64,000 nt of DNA from Spirochaetaceae bacterium (GTDB lineage: Bacteria; Spirochaetota; Spirochaetia; DSM-27196; SKKC01): NCBI GenBank assembly GCA_046542845.1, contig JBKHAN010000008.1, positions 3,669 through 67,668 on the forward strand. The letters run 5' to 3'. The notes under the pieces were generated by a model. That model was given only the letters and a program-made list of their open reading frames with translations. It had not been told where the DNA came from and did no database searches. Below are positions 56,168 to 64,000 of this stretch, piece by piece (the first letter of the stretch is position 1; every line of letters starts with the position of its first letter). The translations under genes were made by a program, and so were the position numbers.

Positions 56168-57105
56168 TCGGAAATACGCCACGCGCTGTCTGTAACGGTC
56201 ACGAGCCCTTCCCGCTTCAGATCTTCCAGAACGCTCCGCAGTTGTTCCGATTCAACTCCTGTTCCGTCCGACAACACTTCTACAGACGCACTTTGAACCT
56301 CGGACAGAATTCGCACCACTCTCCCCCGGACCTGCCGTCGCGATCCTTCAAATCGCGACTGACGCACGTACTGTCTGCTGGCACGATTCGGATTGGGCAT
56401 ATACCGTACAAGCGCGTTACCGTAATCCATGAGGGCGTAGTACCATGTTCGCGGGTCCTTATAGTCGAGGGTAGCCTCTACCAACGGGAGCAGCGATTTG
56501 TCGTCGACACGTCCAATCGGTGTACGTGGTTGGAACCAGATTTTACCCGGGTCTTCGGCAACAAGATCGCGCGGCCATAGTCCCGGCTCCGCTTCAGCAC
56601 TGCGGTCGTTCTCCGAAAAAAAGTGATAGATCATGGATCGGCGTATATTCGTCTCTATAAAAACGACAGGGGTATTGTACGCAAAACACGATATGCTTCC
56701 GGCGGTATTTACTCCGATTCCGGGAAATGTTCTAAGGACACCGACGTCTTCTGGTATACGCCCGCGGTATTCGTCTACAACTCTTCGGGCCGTCTCGTGC
56801 AGGAAGCGAGCGCGCCGGTTGTACCCGAGACCGGACCACGAGGCGATGACGTCTCGCAGAGGAGCAGAGGCAAGCGCGTACACGTCGGGAAAGAGCGTCA
56901 GAAATTCGTGAAACCGTGGAATTACGCGAGATACCTGCGTTTGCTGAAGCATTATCTCGCTAACGAGTATATGGTAGGGCTCATGGGTCTGACGCCACGG
57001 CATATCGCGTCGACCGTGAGACTCATAGTACGATCGTATCGCTTCAACAAATGCAGATCGTTGTTCGGTGCCGATAAAACCGTGAACTTCGGGTCGCTCG
57101 GCCAT
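56164..57105 (-). CDS. mutY: A/G-specific adenine glycosylase, short form lacking the Fe-S motif
   Basis: RDMPWR, SEIMLQQT, WSGLGYNRRA, HhH FPGIG..TA and ALMDYG. Confidence 0.85.
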   Translation of the reverse strand: MAERPEVHGFIGTEQRSAFVEAIRSYYESHGRRDMPWRQTHEPYHILVSEIMLQQTQVSRVIPRFHEFLTLFPDVYALASAPLRDVIASWSGLGYNRRARFLHETARRVVDEYRGRIPEDVGVLRTFPGIGVNTAGSISCFAYNTPVVFIETNIRRSMIYHFFSENDRSAEAEPGLWPRDLVAEDPGKIWFQPRTPIGRVDDKSLLPLVEATLDYKDPRTWYYALMDYGNALVRYMPNPNRASRQYVRQSRFEGSRRQVRGRVVRILSEVQSASVEVLSDGTGVESEQLRSVLEDLKREGLVTVTDSAWRISD

Positions 57106-58170
57106 TTACTCTGATGCGCGTTTTCGTCGCTTTTCCGCTTTCCGCGAAATCCGATTCCATATGCCTGAAAGACCCATGGCCTTTTTTACCGCAACAATCG
57201 TTTCTCGTGCTTCGGAACGGACGTGCATCGTGCCTTCGTATAGAACTTCGTCTACATACCCGCTGTCGGATGCAATACGTTCCCGCCGTTCACGTATAGG
57301 TTCGAGAAACTCGTTGAGGGCACGCGCAAGTTTGTCCTTGACTTCCACGTCCCCGACCGTCCCTTCACGATACCTCGATGAAAGCTCTTCGACTTCCGCC
57401 TTATTCGGGTTGAAAGCCTGATGAAAAATAAAAACCGGGTTTCCTTCGACCGTACCGGGAATATCAGACCGTACCCTGTTCGGATCGGTGTACATCCCAC
57501 GGACCTTCTTTTCCACGGTTTTCGCGTCATCACTGAGAAAAATTGAATTATTGAGGCTCTTACTCATCTTGCTTGCGCCGTCGGTACCGACAAGCGTGGG
57601 AACATCCCCAACGAGCACGTCGGGTACCGGAAACACTTCGCCGTAAAGATGATTGAAACGGCGCGCAATCTCCCTGGTAATCTCAACGTGCGCCTCATTA
57701 TCCTTGCCGACCGGGACAAGGTGTGCGCGGGGCATGAGTATGTCCGCCGTCTGCAATACGGGGTACCCAAGCAACCCGAAAGGCATCTCGTTCAGATGTG
57801 CATTCCGTGCCATTTCCTTCAAGCTTGGGACTCGTTGCAAGCGAGGCACCGTAACGAGCATCTCAAAAATCAGGTTCAGCTCGCTCACTTCAGGTATCGC
57901 ACTCTGGAGATAGATTCTGCTCTTTTCGGGATCTATGCCGCAGGCAAGGTAATCGAGAACCATTTCACGAGCGTTATCCGCAATCTCGTCGATATCCTCT
58001 TTCGTGTTACGCGTCGTGAGCGTATGGAGATCGGCGATAATAAAAAAACACTCATATTCTTCCTGCAGACGCACCCGGTTGCGCAGTGATCCTACATAGT
58101 GCCCGAGGTGTAACCGCCCTGTAGGCCGGTCACCGGTGAGTATTCTTCTTCTCAGGGTCATTTCGCTCAT
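57106..58170 (-). CDS. trpS: Tryptophan--tRNA ligase
   Basis: TGDRPTGRLHLGHY, GYPVLQTADI, VPVGKD and KMSKS. Confidence 0.96.
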   Translation of the reverse strand: MSEMTLRRRILTGDRPTGRLHLGHYVGSLRNRVRLQEEYECFFIIADLHTLTTRNTKEDIDEIADNAREMVLDYLACGIDPEKSRIYLQSAIPEVSELNLIFEMLVTVPRLQRVPSLKEMARNAHLNEMPFGLLGYPVLQTADILMPRAHLVPVGKDNEAHVEITREIARRFNHLYGEVFPVPDVLVGDVPTLVGTDGASKMSKSLNNSIFLSDDAKTVEKKVRGMYTDPNRVRSDIPGTVEGNPVFIFHQAFNPNKAEVEELSSRYREGTVGDVEVKDKLARALNEFLEPIRERRERIASDSGYVDEVLYEGTMHVRSEARETIVAVKKAMGLSGIWNRISRKAEKRRKRASE

Positions 58171-59273
58171 GCGTCAGTGTTTCCTTCGTGAGACCCGTGT
58201 CGGCTCTCCAGGTCTGGTGTACGTCTCGTGTTTGGACGAAAAATCGACCTCTTCTCCCGATACGACCCGGTTCCCATTAGAATGCTGATCCACTCCATGC
58301 CGGGGACGTTCTCGAATACTATCTTGAGCGTCACAGTCAGCGGAACCGCAAGAAACGCCCCTGCAATTCCCCATAACCAGCCCCAGAACAGCAGCGAGAA
58401 GAGAATAATTACGGGCGAAAGGTTCAGACTGTCCCCCTGCATTTTCGGATCCAGAACATTACCGATAATGAACTGTGTGACCGTCATGGATGCGACGGCT
58501 GCTATAACCGGAGTCCAGTTGGGGGCGAACTGGAGTACGACAAACACGTAACTCAGGACAGAAATAACAATCGACCCAATGCTCGGAATAAAGTTGAACA
58601 GGAAGGTGAGAATCGCCCAGATGAACGAAAAGTCGACACCAATGATCGAAAAGCTCAGATACACTGAGACGCTGGTCATTGTGCTGACAACGATTTTCAC
58701 GCTCAGGTAACGCGCAACTTGACTGTTAATGCCCGCAAATACACGACTGATTCTGTCTGTCCGCGGTCCCTGGAGTGCCTGCATCATCTTGGTGCGGATG
58801 TACGGTTTCTCGAAGAGGATGAACACCACGAACAGGAGCATCATGGTGAAATTGCCGAGGAAGCTGGCTATTCCGCCGCTCAGAGAAAAAACGATTGAAC
58901 TTATGTTCTGAGTTAGATTCAGTTCGTTCTCTATGCCGTCCGGCAGGTTGACCAGCGCAGTCAGCTCTTCAAGCAGTTCGACAAATCGGGCTTGATAGAC
59001 GGGAAAACGGCGGACAAGACTCTGAACGCTCGTATAGAACACCAGGCCAACGAGAAAACCGAATCCGATCAGTAGAACGATTACGAGTACGACGGACAAA
59101 CCCCGCGGCAGCCCCAGACGCCTCATATAATCGACGATGGGGCTGAGGACATAACTCAACAATACCGCGATAACGAGGGGCAACACGATACCGGCAGTGA
59201 GACGCAGCACCGCCCCCACAGCGATAATCACGAGTATCAAAAGTAGCGGCGAGTTGACATTTTTATCCGACAT
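58167..59273 (-). CDS. AI-2E family transporter
   Basis: Multi-TM; NFIPSIG, P..G.SLNLSP and WGWLWGIAGAFLAVP motifs. Confidence 0.9.
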   Translation of the reverse strand: MSDKNVNSPLLLILVIIAVGAVLRLTAGIVLPLVIAVLLSYVLSPIVDYMRRLGLPRGLSVVLVIVLLIGFGFLVGLVFYTSVQSLVRRFPVYQARFVELLEELTALVNLPDGIENELNLTQNISSIVFSLSGGIASFLGNFTMMLLFVVFILFEKPYIRTKMMQALQGPRTDRISRVFAGINSQVARYLSVKIVVSTMTSVSVYLSFSIIGVDFSFIWAILTFLFNFIPSIGSIVISVLSYVFVVLQFAPNWTPVIAAVASMTVTQFIIGNVLDPKMQGDSLNLSPVIILFSLLFWGWLWGIAGAFLAVPLTVTLKIVFENVPGMEWISILMGTGSYREKRSIFRPNTRRTPDLESRHGSHEGNTDA

Positions 59274-59300
59274 TAAAGTGAGGCCATAGTATCAGTAAGT

Positions 59301-59359
59301 GGGCCCGCCGGGAAGTGGTGGGCCCTTTCGTCGCCGCGCACGGAAGGTTGAGCTTCCGT
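59301..59359. terminator. Two GC-rich hairpins after lpdA (possible terminator or 3' stabiliser)
   Basis: ACGGAAG-N6-CTTCCGT (59340-59359) and GGGCCCGCC-N7-GGTGGGCCC (59301-59325). No strong U-tract on the minus strand. Confidence 0.45.
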
Positions 59360-59360
59360 C

Positions 59361-60764
59361 TCAGGCGTGTATAGCCCAGCCCTCGGCAGCTCGGGCAGCT
59401 TCCATGACAGCTTCCGAGACCGTGGGATGAGCGTGAATCATAGTTGCGACGTCTTCCGGAAGCAGTTCCGCTTTCTTTGCCAGAAGAAGCTCGTGAATCA
59501 GTTCTGATGCATCCGCTCCGACAATGTGGGCGGCGAAAACTTCGTGAGTTTTTTCATCAAAAAGAATCTTGACCATGCCTTCAGACTGCTCGACTGCAAC
59601 CGTCTTGCCTGCACCGCGGTAGGGAAACACGGCTTTTTTGAATTGTAAGCCCCGCTCTTTCGCCTGCGCTTCGGTGGGACCGAAGCTCGCAACCTGTGGC
59701 TCGGAATACACGGCCGCGGGAATCTCGTCTGGATCTATACGTGCAACAGTGGTGTGTCCGGCAATATGCTCAGCCACGATTTCACCTTCTTTTGAGGCGA
59801 CGTGTGCGAGGGGTGGCGTGCCAACAACGTCACCGATCGCGTATACCCCTTTGATTCCCGTCGAGTAATAGTCATGTACCGGTATAGTGCCCTTCTCGGT
59901 TCGAATGCCAACATTCTCAAGACCCAGATTCTCCGTGTTTGACACCCGCCCAACAGCGACAAGAAGCGTGTCCGCTTCCAGCGTCTTACTTCCCGAGTCG
60001 GCAGACACTTTCAGTTTCAGGGTCTTGCCGGATGAGTCGAGTGACTCCACCTTCGTGTTGGTCATAAACTTCACACCGCGCTTTTCGAAGGCTTTCTGTA
60101 CAACCTTCACGACTTCGTCGTCCGAAGCGGGCAGAATACGCGGCAACATTTCGACTACCGTGACATCAACCCCAAACGCGTTCATGACATACGCGAACTC
60201 CATTCCTATGTAACCGCCACCCATGACCACGAGCGTCTTCGGCAGTTTTTTCATGTACAGGAGTCCGGTGCTTGACAAAATACGTTCTTCGTCAAACTCG
60301 AAGCCCGGTATCTCGCGAGGTCGGCTGCCGGTCGCAATTATAATGTTCGACGCAGTTATTTTACGTTTCTCACCCTCTCCCGATGTCACCTCAACCGTGT
60401 TTTTCGAGAGAAACTTCGCTTCACCGTGTACGTAATCAATCTTGTTTCGTTTAATCAGCCCGCTTACGCCTTTACTCAGGGTGTCGGCGGCTGTCCGGCT
60501 CCGTTCATAGACTTTCTCGTAGTTGAACTTCGACACATCGATCTTGACGCCGAAGTCCTCAAGATCCGCCTTGTGCATAAATGTTTCAGCGTGATGTATC
60601 AACGACTTCGAAGGTATGCAGCCAACGTTCAGACACACGCCGCCGGCCTTGTCACGCTCTACGACCGCAGCTTTGAGTCCGAGTTGCGACGCGCGTATGG
60701 CAGCAACATAGCCTCCGGGGCCCGCTCCGATAACAAGTACATCGTATTCGTTCTGGTTTGCCAT
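59361..60764 (-). CDS. lpdA: Dihydrolipoamide dehydrogenase (E3)
   Basis: GAGPGGY, GGVCLNVGCIPSK, GGGYIGME and HAHPTVSE. Confidence 0.97.
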   Translation of the reverse strand: MANQNEYDVLVIGAGPGGYVAAIRASQLGLKAAVVERDKAGGVCLNVGCIPSKSLIHHAETFMHKADLEDFGVKIDVSKFNYEKVYERSRTAADTLSKGVSGLIKRNKIDYVHGEAKFLSKNTVEVTSGEGEKRKITASNIIIATGSRPREIPGFEFDEERILSSTGLLYMKKLPKTLVVMGGGYIGMEFAYVMNAFGVDVTVVEMLPRILPASDDEVVKVVQKAFEKRGVKFMTNTKVESLDSSGKTLKLKVSADSGSKTLEADTLLVAVGRVSNTENLGLENVGIRTEKGTIPVHDYYSTGIKGVYAIGDVVGTPPLAHVASKEGEIVAEHIAGHTTVARIDPDEIPAAVYSEPQVASFGPTEAQAKERGLQFKKAVFPYRGAGKTVAVEQSEGMVKILFDEKTHEVFAAHIVGADASELIHELLLAKKAELLPEDVATMIHAHPTVSEAVMEAARAAEGWAIHA

Positions 60765-60781
60765 GTCTGTTTCCTTCCCGT

Positions 60782-62107
60782 TCAGTATAAGGCTCGCGCC
60801 GGATCCTGCATCATCTTCTGCAGGTCACTCAGATAACGGGCGCCGCTTGCCCCGTCTACCACGCGGTGATCGCAACTGAGCGTCATCTTCATAACGGGCA
60901 CAACCTTCATGTTGTCGTGTTCGTCGAAAACCGCTGCCTTCTGAGTGGTTCCAAGCGCAAGTATGGCACTACCCGGCGGGTTAATGATTGCGGTGAACTC
61001 TTCGATGCCAAAGCTTCCGAGATTGCTGATACTGAAGGTCGCGCCGCTGTATTCTTCCGGTTTCAAGCCTCCGTCCCGGGCACGGGCTATCAGATCCTTG
61101 AGCTCGGCGTCTATTTCCACGATGCCTTTATTCCCGCAGTTCCGTACAACAGGAGTAATCAGTCCGCCCGTTTTCATTTCTACCGCAAGTCCTATATCGA
61201 CGCTGCCGTGTTCGGTAATAGTGTCGTCGTTCCAGCTTGCGTTGACCGACGGATGCCGCTTGAGTGCTTCCGCGGCAAACTTCATGATAAAAGCGTTCAG
61301 ACCTACCTTCTCCGGGAGTTCCTGGTTCAGGCGCGCACGCGCGTCCATGATACCAGTCATATCGACCGACAGTTTGAGGTAAAAATGAGGGGCGGAAAAC
61401 TTGCTCTCCGCGAGGCGTTTCGCAATGGTTGCCCTCATCCGACTGACCGGTATGGTCCGGTCCTCACCGGGTGCGGTGACACGAACCCTCGTACCCGAGT
61501 CTCCTGCTCCCGAAACAGAAGCCGCTGTTCCTTTAAACGATTCGACGTCGGCTTTAACGACACGCCCCCCGGGTCCGGTACCCGAGACCTGGGAAATATC
61601 TATGCCCTTTTCGTCTGCAATTTTTCGCGCCAGTGGCGACGCTTTCACGATACCGCTTTCGCCCTTTGCCGATCCCTGCGACGAGCTACTCGTCGCGCCG
61701 TCGGTCTTCGCCGCGCTGTCGGCTTCCCCTGTCGTGTCCTTCGCTTTCGAATCGGTCTTTGGGGCCTTCTCAGCAGAGTCTTTTTCTCCCTGATCCGCTT
61801 CTTCTTCGTCTTTCGTACCGCCCCCGGCTTCCGGCGCATCGTCTTCCTCGAGACCGCTGATATCCTCGCCTTCCTCTCCGATAATCGCTATGGTCTCTCC
61901 GACCTTGGCGCTGGACCCCTCGCCCTTCACGATCTTGAGAAGCGTCCCCTCCTGAGTGGACTCATAGTCCATAGTAGCCTTATCGGTTTCCACCTCGCAG
62001 AGGACGTCTCCAGCGGAAACGCTGTCGCCTTCCTTCTTGCTCCAGCTGACGATACTCCCGTCTTCCATCGTGGGCGAGAGCGCAATCATCATTACTTTTT
62101 CTGCCAT
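60782..62107 (-). CDS. pdhC: Pyruvate dehydrogenase E2 (dihydrolipoamide acetyltransferase)
   Basis: LSPTM, lipoyl VETDKA, E3-binding ASPLARK..GTGPGGRV and DHRVVDGA. Start at MAEKVMM (62107). Confidence 0.95.
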   Translation of the reverse strand: MAEKVMMIALSPTMEDGSIVSWSKKEGDSVSAGDVLCEVETDKATMDYESTQEGTLLKIVKGEGSSAKVGETIAIIGEEGEDISGLEEDDAPEAGGGTKDEEEADQGEKDSAEKAPKTDSKAKDTTGEADSAAKTDGATSSSSQGSAKGESGIVKASPLARKIADEKGIDISQVSGTGPGGRVVKADVESFKGTAASVSGAGDSGTRVRVTAPGEDRTIPVSRMRATIAKRLAESKFSAPHFYLKLSVDMTGIMDARARLNQELPEKVGLNAFIMKFAAEALKRHPSVNASWNDDTITEHGSVDIGLAVEMKTGGLITPVVRNCGNKGIVEIDAELKDLIARARDGGLKPEEYSGATFSISNLGSFGIEEFTAIINPPGSAILALGTTQKAAVFDEHDNMKVVPVMKMTLSCDHRVVDGASGARYLSDLQKMMQDPARALY

Positions 62108-62111
62108 AACC

Positions 62112-63092
62112 TTACTCCATGTAAAGAACGCGCTTGGCTGCACTGATGACCTTGTCGGTCGAAACCTGAACAGCAAGCTCGAGATTGTGATTGTACGGCA
62201 TAGGTACATCCTCGGCGTGTACCAGCTCTACCTGGGCATCCAGTTCGTCGAAACAGTTCCTGGATATGAGCCAGCTCACGTAGGCGCCAAAGCTAGCGAC
62301 CGGCCACGCGTCGTCCAACACTACGACGCGATTGGTCTTGCGCACACTTGCGTAGATCGTCTCTTCGTCGAGCGGTCTAAGTGATCGCAGATCGATTACC
62401 TCGGCGTTTATCCCCTGGGAGGCGAGTTCTTCTGCAGCCTGCTCGAGAAGTCTCATGGGTCGCGAGAAGCTGATTAAGGTAACGTCGTCCCCCTCTCGAC
62501 GTACCGCTGCTTTCCCGATCGGGACGGTGTATTCCTCTTCGGGAACCTCACCGGTCCACGCATAACTCATTTCGGCTTCCATAAAGACCACCGGGTTATC
62601 GTCGCGGATCGCGGTCTTGAGAAGCCCTTTCGCATCGTACGCATTCGACGGAGCGACAACCTTGAGACCCGGAATGTGAGCATAGAAACTCTGAATCGCC
62701 TGACTGTGCTGCGAACTCAAATACTCGGCAGGACCGTTTGGACCGCGAAATACAATCGGGACCTTGAGTTGCCCGCCGGACATATGGCGCATCTTCGCCG
62801 CGTTGTTTATAACCTGATCCAGCGCCTGTATGGAAAAATTAAACGTCATCCATTCCACTATGGGCCTGAGACCGACGAGGGCCGCACCGATACCGACCCC
62901 GGTGAATCCATTCTCCGTGATCGGGGTGTCGAGCACCCGGGGACTGCCATATTTCTTCCAGAGCCCTCTGGTCACCTTATAGGCACCTTCGTACTCCGCG
63001 ACCTCTTCACCCATAATCATGACAGTTTCGTCTCGCGCCATTTCTTCGTCTATCGCCTGATTCAGCGCGTCTCGAATTGCAATTTCAGCCAT
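62112..63092 (-). CDS. pdhB: Pyruvate dehydrogenase E1 beta subunit
   Basis: GEEVAEYEGAYKVT, DTPITE, FRGPNG, QHSQ and DLRSLRPLD. SD GAGGAG. Confidence 0.96.
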   Translation of the reverse strand: MAEIAIRDALNQAIDEEMARDETVMIMGEEVAEYEGAYKVTRGLWKKYGSPRVLDTPITENGFTGVGIGAALVGLRPIVEWMTFNFSIQALDQVINNAAKMRHMSGGQLKVPIVFRGPNGPAEYLSSQHSQAIQSFYAHIPGLKVVAPSNAYDAKGLLKTAIRDDNPVVFMEAEMSYAWTGEVPEEEYTVPIGKAAVRREGDDVTLISFSRPMRLLEQAAEELASQGINAEVIDLRSLRPLDEETIYASVRKTNRVVVLDDAWPVASFGAYVSWLISRNCFDELDAQVELVHAEDVPMPYNHNLELAVQVSTDKVISAAKRVLYME

Positions 63093-63200
63093 TGTTTTGG
63101 TTCTCCTCAATCATTATTGCCATAGTAAAGCCGTATGGCAGCTCACCGCCGATACCCTGCCGGCATCACAACAGAGCCTGGCAGCGCGAGTTCAGGCGTA

Positions 63201-64000
63201 TCAGGCGTAGATATCCTCGTAGATGGTCTCGAGCGCAGGCTCGTCCGAGTTCTCGGCAAAGTCAACCGCTTCCTGAACCTGTTCGCGGAGCCGCTTGTCG
63301 AGACTCTGATATTCCTCGTCGGTCAGCATATCAGCCTCTTTCATCGAAGCCTTGAGCAGCTCAATCGGGTCCTGTGCCTTGAATTTTTCCAGTTCGTCCT
63401 TTGTTCGATATTTTGCAGGGTCACTCATGCTGTGACCCTTGTACCGGTACGTTTTTATGTCGATGAGCGTTGGGACCGAGTCTGTGCGCGCGCGTTCGAT
63501 AGCCTTACCAATGCCCTGGTAGCACTCGACGAAACTCATGCCATCGATCTTCATTCCGTCCATATTATATCCGACGGCTTTGATCTCGAAATCTTCGACG
63601 GCGCTGACCCGGTGCACCGCCGATCCCATGCCGAATCGGTTGTTCTCAATCATGTATACCGCGGGTAGTTTCCAGACTCCCGCCAGGTTCAGACTCTCGT
63701 GAAACGCACCCTGATGGACGGCTCCGTCACCGAAGAAACACAAGGCAACGCCGGAATCGTCTCTCTGAAGTACTTTTTTCTTGTACATTTCTGCGAACGC
63801 GACGCCGGTCGCGATCGGAATCTGAGCGCCTACGATACCGTTTCCGCCGAGCATATGCTTTTCAACGTCAAACATGTGCATCGAACCACCTTTTCCTCGT
63901 GAGCACCCGGTGATTTTGCCGTACAGCTCCGCCATGATAACTTTCGGATCCATTCCACACGCGAGCGCGTGTCCATGGTCCCGATACGCGGTCAACATAT
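63201..64000 (-). CDS. pdhA: Pyruvate dehydrogenase E1 alpha subunit (5' end outside the window)
   Basis: YRDHG, GKGGSMH, GDGA...ENN TPP motif and RYKGHSMSDP. Confidence 0.96.
   Translation of the reverse strand, partial: MLTAYRDHGHALACGMDPKVIMAELYGKITGCSRGKGGSMHMFDVEKHMLGGNGIVGAQIPIATGVAFAEMYKKKVLQRDDSGVALCFFGDGAVHQGAFHESLNLAGVWKLPAVYMIENNRFGMGSAVHRVSAVEDFEIKAVGYNMDGMKIDGMSFVECYQGIGKAIERARTDSVPTLIDIKTYRYKGHSMSDPAKYRTKDELEKFKAQDPIELLKASMKEADMLTDEEYQSLDKRLREQVQEAVDFAENSDEPALETIYEDIYA

Noticed and set aside
60866-62146. 426-aa plus-strand ORF
   Set aside because: Antisense shadow of pdhC with no recognisable motifs; expected from codon bias.
1-64000. CRISPR arrays, tRNA/rRNA, IS elements, prophage, riboswitches
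   Set aside because: Intergenic gaps are all under about 200 bp. I saw no repeat-spacer array, cloverleaf, transposase/integrase or recognisable riboswitch (including upstream of ribA, metG and dapL). An Rfam/Infernal scan would be the decisive check.

Overview
A compact, moderately GC-rich bacterial chromosomal window, almost fully coding (about 52 CDS, two of them cut by the window edges). I see no rRNA, tRNA, CRISPR array, prophage or IS element. Gene content suggests a free-living spirochaete (Spirochaetia; inference). Supporting this are a MurE with a DEDPR motif, a FemABX transferase, FabV, DapL, a short Fe-S-less MutY, a short RqcH and Maf/DUF115 pairs. Most of the window is housekeeping: pdp, recO, lon, ftsB-like, rnz, fabV, folC, rqcH, murD, add, metG, hflKC, murE, ddl, dinB, dapL, ribA, mutY, trpS and pdhABC-lpdA. 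The best candidate for an undescribed system is 8012-15320. There a near-consensus sigma28/FliA promoter (TTAA-N15-GCCGATAT) precedes a hyper-acidic, probably disordered 604-aa protein with PopZ/HubP-like architecture. It is followed by a GAF plus GGDEF-like protein, two Maf/DUF115 proteins and a membrane-bound degenerate GGDEF protein. Other notable items are a degenerate MEMO1 next to a membrane pseudokinase, a HisD paralog with altered active-site residues, a POTRA-less Omp85-type barrel, an orphan adenine methyltransferase, and many apparently leaderless genes. All family calls come from motif recognition by eye; no database search was run.
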